64,000 nucleotides of DNA, from contig NW_027361688.1 in the NCBI RefSeq assembly GCF_039654945.1, positions 11,160,001 through 11,224,000 of the forward strand. The letters run 5' to 3'. This DNA is from Dendrobates tinctorius (lineage: Eukaryota). The first letter of the stretch is position 1. Every line of letters begins with the position of its first letter. This document shows positions 26,046 through 38,055 of the stretch, piece after piece. The notes under the pieces were generated by a model. That model saw only the letters and a list, made by a program, of their open reading frames with translations, was not told the DNA's origin and ran no database searches. Position numbers and translations under genes: made by a program.

Positions 26046-26451
26046 AGGAGGTTTTACACATAGCGATATCGCTAGCGATATCGCTATAACGTCACTGATT
26101 TTGTGACGTTATAGCGATATTGCTAGCGATATCGCTATGTGTGATACTTACCTCCGACCGGCTCCCCCGCTGTCCATCGCTGATCACGCGAGAATGTCCG
26201 GCTCCATTTCTCGTCGGGCACTTCCTGCTGGGCTTCCTGCTGTGATGACAAGCGACGCGTGGAGGCGGGCGGGAGGACGTCAGGATCGCTGTGTGTGAAA
26301 GGTGAGTATCGTGCACTGCGTCGCTGCTGCATCGCTATGAGGTCTGCCTGTGTGGCAGCTCACTAGCGATCATTTAGCGATGCACCAGCGATCCTAACCG
26401 GGTCGGATCGCTGATCGGATCACTGGTGCATCGCTAAATGTAAATGGCCCT
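26046..26451. mobile_element. Harbinger-like MITE (agcgat/atcgct-rich family) in the 3' LTR
   Basis: Flanked by TAA (26043-26045 and 26452-26454) with imperfect TIRs. Absent from the sister LTR, which reads ctctaatggtc at ~30400. Confidence 0.8.
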
Positions 26452-26454
26452 TAA

Positions 26455-27422
26455 GGCTGAGTTCACATGTGGCGTTTTTTTCGCGTTTCCGCGGCGGTTT
26501 TAAACTCACGATTTTGCCTCGAAAACGCGAAAAATAAGCATCCCATGCATTCCTATGGGATTCCGCAATGCTGTGCTAATGCTGCGGTTTTTACCGCGGC
26601 GGAATCGCTTCGCGGTAAAAAACGCAGCATGCTCATTAATTTCACGGAATCGCGGCGATCCCGCACCCATAGGAATGCATTGTTCTGCTTACTTTCCGCA
26701 TGTGGCTGTGCACACCATGCGAAAAGTAAGCAGAAGGAGTTGCGGATGGTACCCACGGTCCGGAGGAGAGGAGACTGTCCTCCAGGCTTTGGGTACCATA
26801 TCCCTGTAAAAAATAGAATTTAAAATAAAAAATATTGTTATTCTCACCTTCCAATGTCCCGTGCAGCCTTCCCGCCTCTCTCCACGTTCCCGGTGCCAGT
26901 AATCCTTTGCGAGCGATGACATCCGTTCTCGCGGGATCGCGAAGTCTCACGGTCATTCGCGCGACATCATTGCGAATGACCGCGAGACGTCGCGATCCCG
27001 CGAGAACAGACGTCATTGCGGTAATTGTCGCAAAGGATTACTGGGACCGGGAGCGTGGAGAGAGACGGGAAGGCTGCGCGGGACGTCGGAAGGTGAGAAT
27101 AACAATATTTTTTTTTTTATTATTATTTTTTACATTCTATCTTTACTATTGAGGCCGCATAGGCGGCCTCAATAGTAATAAGTTGGTCACACTCGTCAAA
27201 CACTATGTTTCACGACTGTGACCAACCTGTCAATCAGTTCTCCAAGCGATGCTCCAGATCGCTTGGAAAACGCTAGTAATTCTGCAAGCTAATTACGCTT
27301 GCAAAATGTTAGTTTTTCCTCGGAAAAATCGCGGGAATTTAAAATGCGATTTTCCCACAGAATGGAATTCCGGAATTCTCGCAGTAATTTCCGTGAGAGT
27401 TCTGCTACGTGTGAACCCAGCC
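26455..27422. mobile_element. Harbinger-like non-autonomous element with internal palindrome
   Basis: TIR ggctgagttcacatgtggc / gctacgtgtgaacccagcc with TAA duplicated. Internal inverted repeat at ~26825-27115. Confidence 0.85.
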
Positions 27423-28284
27423 TAATGGTCAAACTATCACATGATACTCTTTTCTCTTTATCTCAGCCTACACTGTGCTCTCTGTCTCTTACTACAGACA
27501 GACCTGTCCGTCAGCGCAACCTCCCCACATTCTCCCTTCCTTTATCCATTGTCGTCCCCGACAATCTTATCTCCTTCTTTTCCGTTCTGAAACTTCCCCA
27601 CCTTCTTTTGTCAGACCAGTTGTTGAGCCAGGCCCACGATACGCGGGGGCTGAACCAAACCGGGAGGAATCATGCTCCGAGTAGCTCACAGCTTACTAGC
27701 CAGCGCGTACGCCACCATGACCGAGGCCCTAACCTACCAGGTCATCGTCAACGTCCTCCTAACTTTCTGGGGGTTTGTGGTACTGGGGCCTGACGCAAGG
27801 ACCACTGTCTGTCTACACTCGTCCTGTCTTGTCGTCCTGTCTTCTTAAATACGTCGTGGTCATCATACTGTATGCACCCGGAACCTGTTGAACACACTTT
27901 TTTTTTTTTTTTACATTTCAACCTATCAATTTCATCACACACCTCACCAGGTTTACTGCAACACGTTTTCTTTTTTAAAACAATACTCTTTAAATAAACA
28001 AACCAAGCAAGCACAAAACAACAACAAAAAATGAAATGTTAACAGCATGAGGACAGGGGTACTCCCCCTTCCTTTACGAACAACACCCCCACTGGCATTC
28101 CTGTTACATCAGGAGGAGGGTATGCTTTCTATGTGGATGCGGAACAGTCCCCTCTTTGTGCAACGGTGCACTGCAGTCCTGGCAGTCCATTGTATGGGCC
28201 CTCCGGGCCACCTCCTGGCGGCCGTTGTCTTGCCGTAACAGGGGACTCCACTGCCGTAGAGTCTCTGGGATGCCAGTAGTGTCT

Positions 28285-29576
28285 CTATTTTGGGGGCTCA
28301 TACCCCTCAGGGTAAGCAATTACCGCTATGGCATAGAGGCCACGGGGACAGTGTTCCTTATAAATGAGACCAAGCCTCCCTCCCACAGGTCATGTTCATT
28401 CTTGACGGAGGCTACATTTAGGTAGATCTTATAGCCGGTGGCAAGGTCCCAAATGAAACCATATCCTTTTCCCTTGTTCAGGTGTATCAGCCGCCCGTAT
28501 GATCGTGGAACAGACATGGCGGCCTCTCCTTTCTTATGGAGTCGCGCTCACACCTCCCTCTCTCTGGCCTTTTTCTTTTCAATTATCTCCGCAACCCAAA
28601 CGGAGGGTCCGGGATATGACGCAGAGTCCGGTGGGCGGGCCGCAGCCGAGGGTGGAGCAGAAGCGGCCACGGACAAGGGGAAGCAGGCCGCCACCGGAGT
28701 AACAGGCGGGACTGAGGAGGCCGCGGGCATCTTCAGATAAGTTGGGGAGTCGGTCACAACCGAAATCAAGGCGGCCGTGGGCTTCGGTAAATAGGCCGCA
28801 GCCTTGGCTGTGGACGCAAAAACGGCAGCTGCGGGTGTTGGTCCGTAGGCCGCGGTTTTCTGTGGTGGGCCCGTGATGACGGCAGGTTCTGATGAGAAGG
28901 CCGCAACCGGACGCCAGAGCATGGCAGGGGTGGCCGTGGATTGGTTCCACGCCGGCGTGGCCGGGCGAGGCGGCTCAGAATGGTCAACAAGAGCCGTGAG
29001 CTCATCCAGGGTCATAGTCACTGTAGAGCCGGGAGTCGTCCAGGGAGGTTGATGGCTCATGTCCGGACCCGGGGTCCCGTCTGTTGCGCTGGGCATGGGG
29101 GCGGGCACTGTCGGGGAAGGTGAGCATTCCCCCGGCCCAATCGGCGGCATCGCAGCTCCCAGCAGGATGTCCCACCGCTCCTCTAATTGCGATAGATCTT
29201 CCAACGGCAGCTGCATCGGGGCACGGAGCACTGAGACTGGCTCCCAGGGACAGGTCTCCCGGCGGGCTTCAACTTCCTGATGCCATCTCCATTCTAGGCG
29301 TCTGAGGCCACGACAGCTGCAATGCCGCATTTTGCCCGAGTTTCCGAGGCTCAATGGCGCCAAACAACTACACCCAGTCTCTTCACCAGGGCCACTCCCG
29401 CTCAGGGGTGGGGCGTTAATCGGCCTCTCTACCCACTTTCCAAGGGCCAGCATGGGAGGGCGGCTGCCTTCTGATGTAAGCCGTTCCCCCCAGGGGCGGA
29501 TGCTACACAGTCCTGGATTGTCAGTTACAGCTTCAAACTCCTGTGCTTCCTCCTGTCGCTGATACGTCACAGCCAT
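28285..29576 (-). pseudogene. Pro/Ala-rich protein with C-terminal cold-shock-domain-like region (one stop, one frameshift)
   Basis: ORF 28548-29576 and ORF 28326-28517 are in the same frame, separated by a single TGA. A 1-nt shift near 28355 gives YGRLIHLNKGKGYGFIWDLATGYKIYLNVASVKNEHDLWEGGLVSFIR/HCPRGLYAIAV. Confidence 0.7.
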
Positions 29577-29763
29577 ATTAGCAGTACACTTTTCTGCTCT
29601 GGTTTATCTTATTAGCAGCCAGCAATCCAAAGCGTAGGTTCAAATTGTAATCCACAGGAAACGAAAGAGAAGAAAAAAAAAAACTTCTTCACCCCACACA
29701 GCTTGGGGACCTTTGTTACTTGGTGGCAGGCTTGCCGCTGAAGATGTTGTATTGGCAGCAACG

Positions 29764-29781
29764 ATCCTTCCGACTACACCA
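29764..29781 (-). other. Primer binding site, tRNA-Ser (AGA/TGA-type)
   Basis: tggtgtagtcggaaggat, 2 nt inside the 5' LTR boundary. Matches 16/18 to TGGCGTAGTCGGCAGGAT, the complement of the recalled vertebrate tRNA-Ser 3' end. Confidence 0.8.
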
Positions 29782-30517
29782 AATGTAGGGCCGGGCTGAG
29801 GGAGGCGATTAAGTGGTGCTGATCCAACAGGACTGGGGGGTGACCCACTTCATGGCGCTGGCAGACATGAGACTGACACAAGGGTTGTGTCCAACAGTTC
29901 AGAGTTCAGATTTTATTGGCCGCTTTTCGGACGATCACCGTACTTCATCACAGGAATAGTCCACAATTCACTTTTACACACAGACCCGGGTACCTTCTCT
30001 TCTTAGTTTGTCACCGTTCGTGGCGTCCTCTATGGCTCTTCTCCGCTGTGGCTTCCCTAAGCACTTTCACCACAGCGTTTCACCCTTTAGCGTACGCCGT
30101 CCACCTGACACTCACAGTCTGTCTCTGTCCGCAGCCACTGCCCTTTTGGGTCACCCCCCGTGACCGTCTCCACTGTCAGTAGCTCTCTGTAGGCCTTTTC
30201 CGTCTTTCTACCTTCAGCAAACTCTCCTCTCTAGTGAGCTCCCTTGGCTGACTGGACCTTCCAGAACCTTCCCTGACCTTTTATACTCTCCAGTCCCAGT
30301 AGCTCTGCCCACTATCACCTGACAGTAACCTTTAACCAATGGCAGTGACCTTGACCCATGGCAGTTACATAACCACTCTCTCCTACGCTCCCCACTGCCC
30401 TCTAATGGTCAAATTACCACATGACACCCTTTTCTCTTTATCTCAGCCTACACTGCCCTATCTCTCTGTCTCTTACTACAGACAGACCTGTCCGTCAGCT
30501 CAACCTCCCCACACACG

Positions 30518-31880
30518 AGTCATTCATTCTCCAGCCAGAACCCACTGGAGGGAAAATCGGAGTCATCTTTATATACGGGGAACTCCAGGAATATCCGACA
30601 GCAGCGGTTACTCTGTCCACCCAATGCAGAGAGATTAAACATGTAGTTAGAGTAGTGAAGACCCTTTCTTACGGGACTATTTTGGGAAGAGATTTACCCC
30701 TGTTCCTGTAGGAGGGCAAAGCTAACCTTCCCATAGTAAAGGTCTGTCCAGGCACAGAAACCGAAGATCCCGAGTTAGGGATACCTGCCGTAGGGGAAAA
30801 GAATGTAATCCCAATAGATTTCCCCTAGAGATCTTGTCAGGAGAAGTTGAAGAGACCTCATGAATCCTGGAGCTGGAAGTATCTCGGGGTATTTTTGGGA
30901 CAGTTAAGCTCCAGGATCCCACTCTGGCCTGGGCACGGAAAATGGTGATAAAGATAAATGGGGTGGCTCAACAACCTGGGGCAGAGGTGGTTTTTCCTCA
31001 GATGGCGGTCTACCTGAAGTTGCAATACCAAGTTGACAAAATCCGAGATAAAGTCATAAAACAGCTGATAGTGTCCCTATCTTATCGCTGGGCGATGCTT
31101 GAGTTGGCCCATAAATATGTGCTGGGTTTTAACCTAGGGGTTAAAAAGACACAAGAACGTATTCTGCAATGATTCTTTTGGCCCGGGATTTATGCCGAGG
31201 TTCAGAGGTTTTATGAGTCTTGCCCAGAGTGTCACATAGTCTTCAAAGATATGAAGGATTGGGATATGTTGATGCACTATTTAATGTTTGAAGTCCGGGA
31301 GGTACCGCGGTAATCAACGGGGTTCTCTCTATTGAAATGATTATATGGCAGACATCCCAGGGACCTGTTGGACATTGCCAAAGAGACATGGGAACAGGAG
31401 CCAAGGACTACCCAGGCAGCGCAGATCCGAGCGTATAATAGAAAAGCCAAAGTCGTCCTTAAAAAAAGGGGATCAGGTATTGGTTTTGGTGCCCACTGCA
31501 GAAGTTCATGGTTAAGTGACAAGGGACATATGAAGTCCGGGAAAAGGTTGGGGAGGGGAATTACAGGATATGTTAGCATGGGAAGACGAAACCTGATCAA
31601 CTGTATCATGAAAATATGTTAAAGGTGTGGAAACACTGGGAATGTGTGGTTACAGACGTGACACCGGTCGTATCTACTATGGATCCTCCGTCATCGGCCC
31701 GGGAAGAGGCCTGAAATAAGGTCAAGAGAAGAGATGCTTTCTCTAAACAACCTGGACGGGAATCTTGGAAATTAGTCCAGCAGACTACGGACGTATTCTC
31801 GGAACTGCTCGTCCGTACATCTGTGATCCAACAAGACATTGTCACCGAGCCTCAGGTAAGGGTACGAATGAAACCGTACT
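30518..31880 (+). pseudogene. Gmr1-like protease second half, integrase remnants and RT start
   Basis: ...TILGRDLPLF (protease). LELAHKYVLGFNLGVKKTQERILQ*FFWPGI...SCPEC (integrase Zn finger). REVPR*STGFSLLK*LYGRHPRDLLDI (integrase C-term). DVFSELLVRTSVIQQDIVTEPQVRVRMKPY (pre-RT). Confidence 0.75.
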
Positions 31881-31914
31881 GTGTGCTGACGCTGGGATGT
31901 TGCAATCAAGTGCG

Positions 31915-32488
31915 GACGCCCTGTCACGGGCACCTTGTATGGTAATACGATGCACCAGTGATCCCGACAATGATACGACCTGGTCAGGATCGCTGGTGCA
32001 TCGCTACATGATTGCTGGGGGAGCCGTCAAACAGGCAGACTCAACAGCGATCAGGACCAGCGAGGACGCTGGTATCCAAGGTAAATATCGGATAACTAAG
32101 TGCGCGCGTCGCTTAGTTACCCGCTGTATACCTAAGATACCAGCGTGCTCGCGCGAGCACCCTGGTATCGAAGGTACACAGTGGGTAACTAAGCGACGCG
32201 CGCGCTTAGTTACCCGATATTTACATTGGATACCAGCTCCCAGCGTCTGCTTACAGCGCTGGGAGCTCGCTGATCGTTGGTCTCGCGCTGCCACACACAG
32301 CGATGCACGCTGGCCAGCAGGAGACCAACGATCAAAAAATGGCCCAGGACACTCCTGCATGATCAGCGATAACCGGCGGGGGGGCAGTCGCTGATGCATG
32401 TCACACACAGCGATATCGTTATTGAGATCGCTGTGACATCACAAAATCAGCGATCTCGCTAGCGATCTTGCTGAGTGTGATGGGGCCT
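31915..32488. mobile_element. Harbinger-like MITE (agcgat family) with nested internal palindromes
   Basis: Ends gtgtgatggggcct|TAA. Motifs shared with 26046 and 51830. Palindrome of palindromes at ~32065-32240. Left end is uncertain. Confidence 0.65.
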
Positions 32489-32759
32489 TAAGTGTGGACT
32501 GGGTCAAGCTATTTGACCAAGTCAGATTTAGGAAAACCAGACATGGGCTTTTATTATTGGAGAGATCTATGGGAAGGTAGTGGGACAGATTTTGACCCCA
32601 GTATGGGTCTTGCAAGTGGCCCATGGCCACAATTCACATTTAATCCTGCAGGTAAGGGTTGGATGTGTCAAATGTTGCTTTCAAGTGCAGCAAATCTGGA
32701 GGTTCTGTGTTTGTGCCTCGCTGTGTGCGACTGAACAAAAACCAGAGCTAGATATCAGG

Positions 32760-33760
32760 GGTGATGAGATAATAAGAGGCTGCTCACACTGCAGTCCACC
32801 CAGTCCATTTGTTCTAATACACGAGATACCAAGAGTGCTGAAATAGGAAGAAGCTGCTCACACTACTATCCATTCTGTCTAGCTGGTCTAATACTGAAGA
32901 TACCAGTAGTGCTGAGGTGAGAATAGGCTGCTCACACTGCTGTCCACCCTGTCTGTCAGATCTAATACTGGAGATACCAGGAGTGCTGAGTAAGAAGAGG
33001 CTGCTCTTACTTCTGTCCACCCTGTCTGTCAGACCTAATACTGGAGATACCAGGAGTGCTGCGTAAGAAGAGGCTGCTCACACTGCTGTCCACCCTGTCT
33101 GTCAGATCTAATACTGGAGATACCAGGAGTGCTGAATAAGAAGAGGCTGCTCTTACTTTTGTCCACCCTGTCTTTCTGATTTAATATTGGAGATATTTGG
33201 GGTGCTGAGGTAAGAATAGGCTGCTCACACTGCTGTCCACCCTGTCAATCTGATCTAATACTGAAGATACCACAGTTTGAGTTAAGAAGAGGCCACTCAC
33301 ACTGCTGTCCTTTCTGCTTTTCTGACCTAATACTGGAGATTTCCATGGTGCTGAGGTAAGATGAAGCTGCTCACACTGGTGCCCACCCTGTATATATGTT
33401 ATAGTACTGGAGACAACAGAAGTGCTGAAATAAGAAGAACTGATCACACTGCTATCCACTCTCTCTAGCATAACAGGCTGCTCACAATGCTGTCCACCCT
33501 GACTATCTTATCTAATACTAGAGATACCTGGGATGCTGAGGTAAGAAGATGCTGCTCACACTTCTGTCCACCCAGTATATCTGATCTAATACTGGAGATA
33601 GCAGGGGTGCTGAGGTAAGAAGAGGCTGCTCGCACTGCCGTCCACACTGTCTATCTGATCTAATACTGGAAATACAGTACCAGTGTACTAATGTAAGAAG
33701 AGGCTGCACACACTGCTGTCCATCCTGTCCATTTGATCAAATGTTAGAAATACCAGGGCA
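32760..33760. repeat. Tandem repeat, ~73-bp unit
   Basis: gctgctcacactgctgtccaccctgtc...taatactggagataccaggagtgctg recurs at ~32927, 33000, 33073, 33146 and onward. Confidence 0.9.
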
Positions 33761-34541
33761 GCTGGTAAACAAAGACTGTTAGAGCTTCTGCACTGGATCA
33801 TCAGTGAAAAGAAGGGGTGAGTATATTTTTTTATGTAATGTTTGAGTATAATTTGTATATGTTGTTTTTGTTATTGCTACAAAAGGTTTCTCATTTCTAA
33901 AGCAGTTTAGCTTTACAAATTAATGGGAATTTCTGACTTTTGAAGACCCATCCTCCAGCTGTAAATTACCTTAGCAAACCAATCTGTTCTTTATTCATTT
34001 TCCCAGGGTCCTGTGCTCAGTCTGCGTCACTTCGTTGCTCCAAGTGTCTGTTATTGTCTTGTCTGCAGCGCCGTTGTAGTATTGTAGTATCTTCAGTAGT
34101 ATTGGTCTTCTTATAAGAACCAAAGGAACCCATTGGGTGTGACTGCACCCTATTAGACATATCTATGGATTCCATGAAACCTCCAGTTAAACTGCAACTC
34201 TGGTAATTTTCTTTCCTGGTGCTTGGATGCTCTTCTATGAGACAGATCCAAATTTCTAATTGAGGGTTGGGGAACGAGGATGTAGAAGGTGTTGGCCAGA
34301 AAAGGAGGCATGGTAATGAAAAATAGTTTCCTACGCACTTCGGATTTTCCTGCACCTCCATCTCAACAAATTGACAACTGTGTGCCTAGAATATGACCGC
34401 ACGGGCACTTTTTCAAAGTGTCAGTGGTTAGAAGGGCCTTTAACGCACCCTAAATCCAGTGCAGGAAGCATGGCGAGTTACTCGCTATCCTGTAATCTCA
34501 GCACTTCAGGGTTAAAATATTATAGCATATTTATATATATA

Positions 34542-35762
34542 CACTCACTGGCCACTTTATTAGGTACACCTGTCCAACTGTGTGTTAAGACTTAATTTCT
34601 AATCAGCCAATCACATGGAGGCAACTCAGTGCATTTAGGCATGTAGACATGGTCAAGACAATCTCCTGCAGTTCAAACCGAGCATCAGTATGGGGAAGAA
34701 AGGTGATTTGAGTGCCTTTGAACGTGGCATGATTGTTGGTGCCAGAAGGGCTGGTCTGAGTATTTCAGAAACTGCTGATCTACTGGGATTTTCACGCACA
34801 ACCATCTCTAGGGTTTACAGAGAATGGTCCGAAAAAGAAAAAAAATCCAGTGAGCGGCAGTTCTGTGGCCGGAAATGCCTTGTTGATGCCAGAGGTCAGA
34901 GGAGAATGGGCAGACTGGTTCGAGCTGATAGAAAGGCAACAGTGACTCAAATTGCCACCCGTTACAACCAAGGTAGGCAGAAGAGCATCTCTGAACGCAC
35001 AGTGCGTCGAACTTTGAGGCAGATGGGCTACAGCAGCAGAAGACCACACCGGGTACCACTCCTCTCAGCTAAGAACAGGAAACTGAGGCTACAATTTGCA
35101 CAAGCTCATCGAAATTGGACAGTAGAAGATTGGAAAAACGTTGCCTGGTCTGATGAGTCTCGATTTCTGCTGCGACATTCGGATGGTAGGGTCAGAATTT
35201 GGCGTAAACAACATGAAAGCATGGATCCATCCTGCCTTGTATCAACGGTTCAGGCTGGTGGTGGTGGTGTCATGGTGTGGGGAATTTTTTCTTGGCACTC
35301 TTTGGGCCCCTTGGTACCAATTGAGCATCGTTGCAACGCCACAGCCTACCTGAGTATTGTTGCTGACCATGTCCATCCCTTTATGACCACAATGTACCCA
35401 ACATCTGATGGCTACTTTCAGCAGGATAATGCGCCATGTCATAAAGCTCGAATCATCTCAGATTGGTTTCTTGAACATGACAATGAGTTTACTGTACTCA
35501 AATGGCCTCCTCAGTCACCAGATCTCAATCCAATAGAGCATCTTTGGGATGTGGTGGAACGGGAGATTCGCATCAGGGATGTGCAGCCGACAAATCTGCG
35601 CCAACTGTGTGATGCCATCATGTCAATATGGTCCAAAATCTCTGAGGAATGCTTCCAGCACCTTGTTGAATCTCTGCCACGAAGAATTGAGGCAGTTCTG
35701 AAGGCAAAAGGGGGTCCAACCCGTTACTAGCATGGTGTACCTAATAAAGTGGCCAGTGAGTG
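34542..35762 (+). mobile_element. Intact Tc1/mariner transposon, DD36E (Incomer-type), 1221 bp
   Basis: Perfect 29-bp TIRs (cactcactggccactttattaggtacacc) with TA on both sides within a (TA)n run. Single intact transposase ORF. Confidence 0.95.
34690..35730 (+). CDS. DD36E transposase, 346 aa
   Basis: N-terminal HTH region, [13 protein letters not shown] and [13 protein letters not shown] count 36 residues between the second D and the E. Confidence 0.93.
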   Translation: MGKKGDLSAFERGMIVGARRAGLSISETADLLGFSRTTISRVYREWSEKEKKSSERQFCGRKCLVDARGQRRMGRLVRADRKATVTQIATRYNQGRQKSISERTVRRTLRQMGYSSRRPHRVPLLSAKNRKLRLQFAQAHRNWTVEDWKNVAWSDESRFLLRHSDGRVRIWRKQHESMDPSCLVSTVQAGGGGVMVWGIFSWHSLGPLVPIEHRCNATAYLSIVADHVHPFMTTMYPTSDGYFQQDNAPCHKARIISDWFLEHDNEFTVLKWPPQSPDLNPIEHLWDVVEREIRIRDVQPTNLRQLCDAIMSIWSKISEECFQHLVESLPRRIEAVLKAKGGPTRY

Positions 35763-36101
35763 TATATATATATATATATATTACTTGTCAAGCCATTCCG
35801 GGATGACCGCACTGAATTCTTGACCCTCATGTGAAACCAGGGTTGTATTTTGTGTTTAAACAAGCCAACAATTTGTGAATGGAAGCTATTTATTCTACTG
35901 CGTATATAGAATATAAATGTGGCCGCAGAAGGAGCAATTACATATAGTAAAAAGCTGAGTCAAGGTATTGTAGCTCCTTTTATATCAACCTCATTACAAC
36001 CTACGTTCTGGCAGTGGAATTCACTACTGAAGTCATTAGTGTTCCATTTCATACATATGCATAGTATAATAGGCTACAATTATATATACTGTATGTGCGT
36101 G

Positions 36102-36134
<33 letters not shown>

Positions 36135-36137
<3 letters not shown>

Positions 36138-38055
36138 AAAATATTTGGACAGTGGCGCACGTTTTGGCATTTTAGCTTTTCAAGATACAGTTATATAATC
36201 AGCATACACTTAAAATGCAGACTCTCAGCTTTAATTTGAGGGTATTCAAATCCTAATTGGAGTAATGGTTTAGAAATTACAGCTCCTTTTGAGTTTCCAA
36301 GTTTACAGTGCTCTTTTTTTTTGCAGAATGCACCAAACTGTTGATGGCTGCTCCTAACATTTCTTCTATCCCGGATGGATTTCTTATTCTTTTTCAGTGT
36401 AATGGTTTTGTGGCGCCCCTGAGGCTCAGTCGCCACAGAGGTACTGCACCTCCTCCTGAGGTGTAGTACCCCACCATCCAGGTAAGGTGGAGACTCCTGA
36501 CCACGCTCCAACACCTGCACCCCACACCACAAAGTAGTGTAGCAAAGCACCCATTGGTGGCTCCCTGCTTGGAACACGAAACGTGCTGGGAGGTGAGTGG
36601 AGTTAGATTACATTACAAAGAGCGGGAAGAGGTTACGATTAGTCGGTCAGTTGGTTAGAGAGTTGGAGAGAAGAAGATCCCCGGAGAGAGGGATAGATGG
36701 ATGGAAGTGCTGCAGCAGATCCCAGTGACTTGGGTCTGCTGGCACAGGAAAGGGAGAGAGAGCAACATAGACTGGAAGCCTGACTCTCCATAGACAGGAA
36801 GATCAGTACGGAACGTGAGGAGTAAAAGAGAACAGAGGATGTGGGTTAGAAGAGAACCCTTCCTAGAAGTTCTTAGCGCAAGGCCAGGGCCCGGTCCCCG
36901 AGGTTGTATGGATACTAATGGTCCTGCAGCAGACACCGGAGAAATAGAAGTAGTGACCACTTTATTCCCACACAAGACTTGGGGGCACAACAGCAACTGG
37001 ATAGTGAGCCGAGACTTAGTAGCAAGAAGTTCCCGAAGCAGGCTACAGCTGTCTGCCGTACAAGTAGAGTTCATAAGAACACCGGACAGGAGGAACTCCA
37101 GTGTAACTCAGTACTAGGAGTACTTCACATAAAGGCGCTATAAGAGGAGACGTTCAGAAAGGTACATATTGGCGGAGTGTTGGAAAGGAGTATTCCATCT
37201 GGCCTGGAGGTTGACTGAGTCCCCGACCCGGAGGACACGGCACGGAGGCAGGCACCTGTTTGTACAAAAGACTGTGAGTAAGGCTTTGGAACTACATGCC
37301 CTGGTGTCCTCCTCTTATTCCTGCGCCAACCTGCCCAGCACTGCTACATCCCTTGCGCCTGACACTACACCATCTACGTGTCACTTCATTTACTCTGCCC
37401 TGGGACTACAGCCCTGCCTGTGGAGGGCTATAACATCATTGCTGCACCACACCATCTGTCCCAGAGGATCTGTCTGCAGCGTAGGCTTATATCTTCATTG
37501 CCAAACAACACAGGTGGCGTCACGAATCACTTATAAACTTTCATCACTATAAGCACACTGAAACAACCCCTTTTACAATGGGCGCCCAGGGCCACGGGCC
37601 GGGTTACAGCTGCCGTGACATCTCCTATTGAAGCTCATCGGGCCCGGTACCGAGTACCCCACAGCCCTGGGAGGGCGACCCAGTTTCACTTCCATTGAGA
37701 GCTCCATTGACCGCATGTTGTGGGTTCACAGCAGCAGCTTCCAAATGCAAATGCCACACCTGGAATCACCTCCAGACCTTTTATCTGCTTATTGATGGTG
37801 GATTAACGCGGGAATAGCCTATGTGGCAGCACATTAAAGAGAGTTTGAGATATCTTTTTATTACTTTTGGTCCCTTTAGAAAGAGACAGCTACATATTAA
37901 AGAGCTACAATTCCTAAACACTTACTACAATTAGGATGTGAATATCCTCAAATTAAAACTGAGAGTCTGCACTTTGAACTCATATTTACATAACTGTATC
38001 TTGAATATGCTTTGGTAAACAGCCAAAATGGCAAAACTTGCGAAACTGTCCCAAA
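36135..38055 (-). mobile_element. Internally deleted Tc1-like remnant with long TIRs, interrupted by a solo LTR
   Basis: ~170-bp inverted arms (36135-36310 and 37880-38055). Minus-strand transposase N-terminal remnant MRSMELSMEV.../TITLKKNKKSIRD. Confidence 0.65.
36409..37682 (+). mobile_element. Solo LTR, 1274 bp
   Basis: tgtggcgccc...gggcgaccca with 4-bp TSD GTTT (36405-36408 and 37683-37686). Confidence 0.75.

Larger units (their letters stand above)
25429..30513 (-). mobile_element. Non-autonomous LTR retroelement with a cold-shock-domain ORF
   Basis: LTRs at 29784-30513 (5') and 25429-27529 (3', ~720 bp once two MITEs are removed), tgtagg...ccccaca. 4-bp TSD CACG (25425-25428 and 30514-30517). 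PBS at 29764-29781, PPT at ~27530-27543. 2.25-kb internal region without recognisable pol. Confidence 0.9.
23992..32740 (+). mobile_element. Decayed Gmr1-like Gypsy element (SCAN in gag; integrase before RT), split by insertions
   Basis: Direct-repeat LTR remnants at ~23992-24150 and ~32598-32740. Gag (LRKMSP*DDLKAFLTVFE), SCAN-like segment, protease, integrase, then RT start. Confidence 0.75.

Noticed and set aside
32760-33760. Regularly spaced repeats resembling a CRISPR array (also 41090-42100)
   Set aside because: Whole units are repeated and degenerate with no unique spacers. There are no cas genes and the context is eukaryotic.
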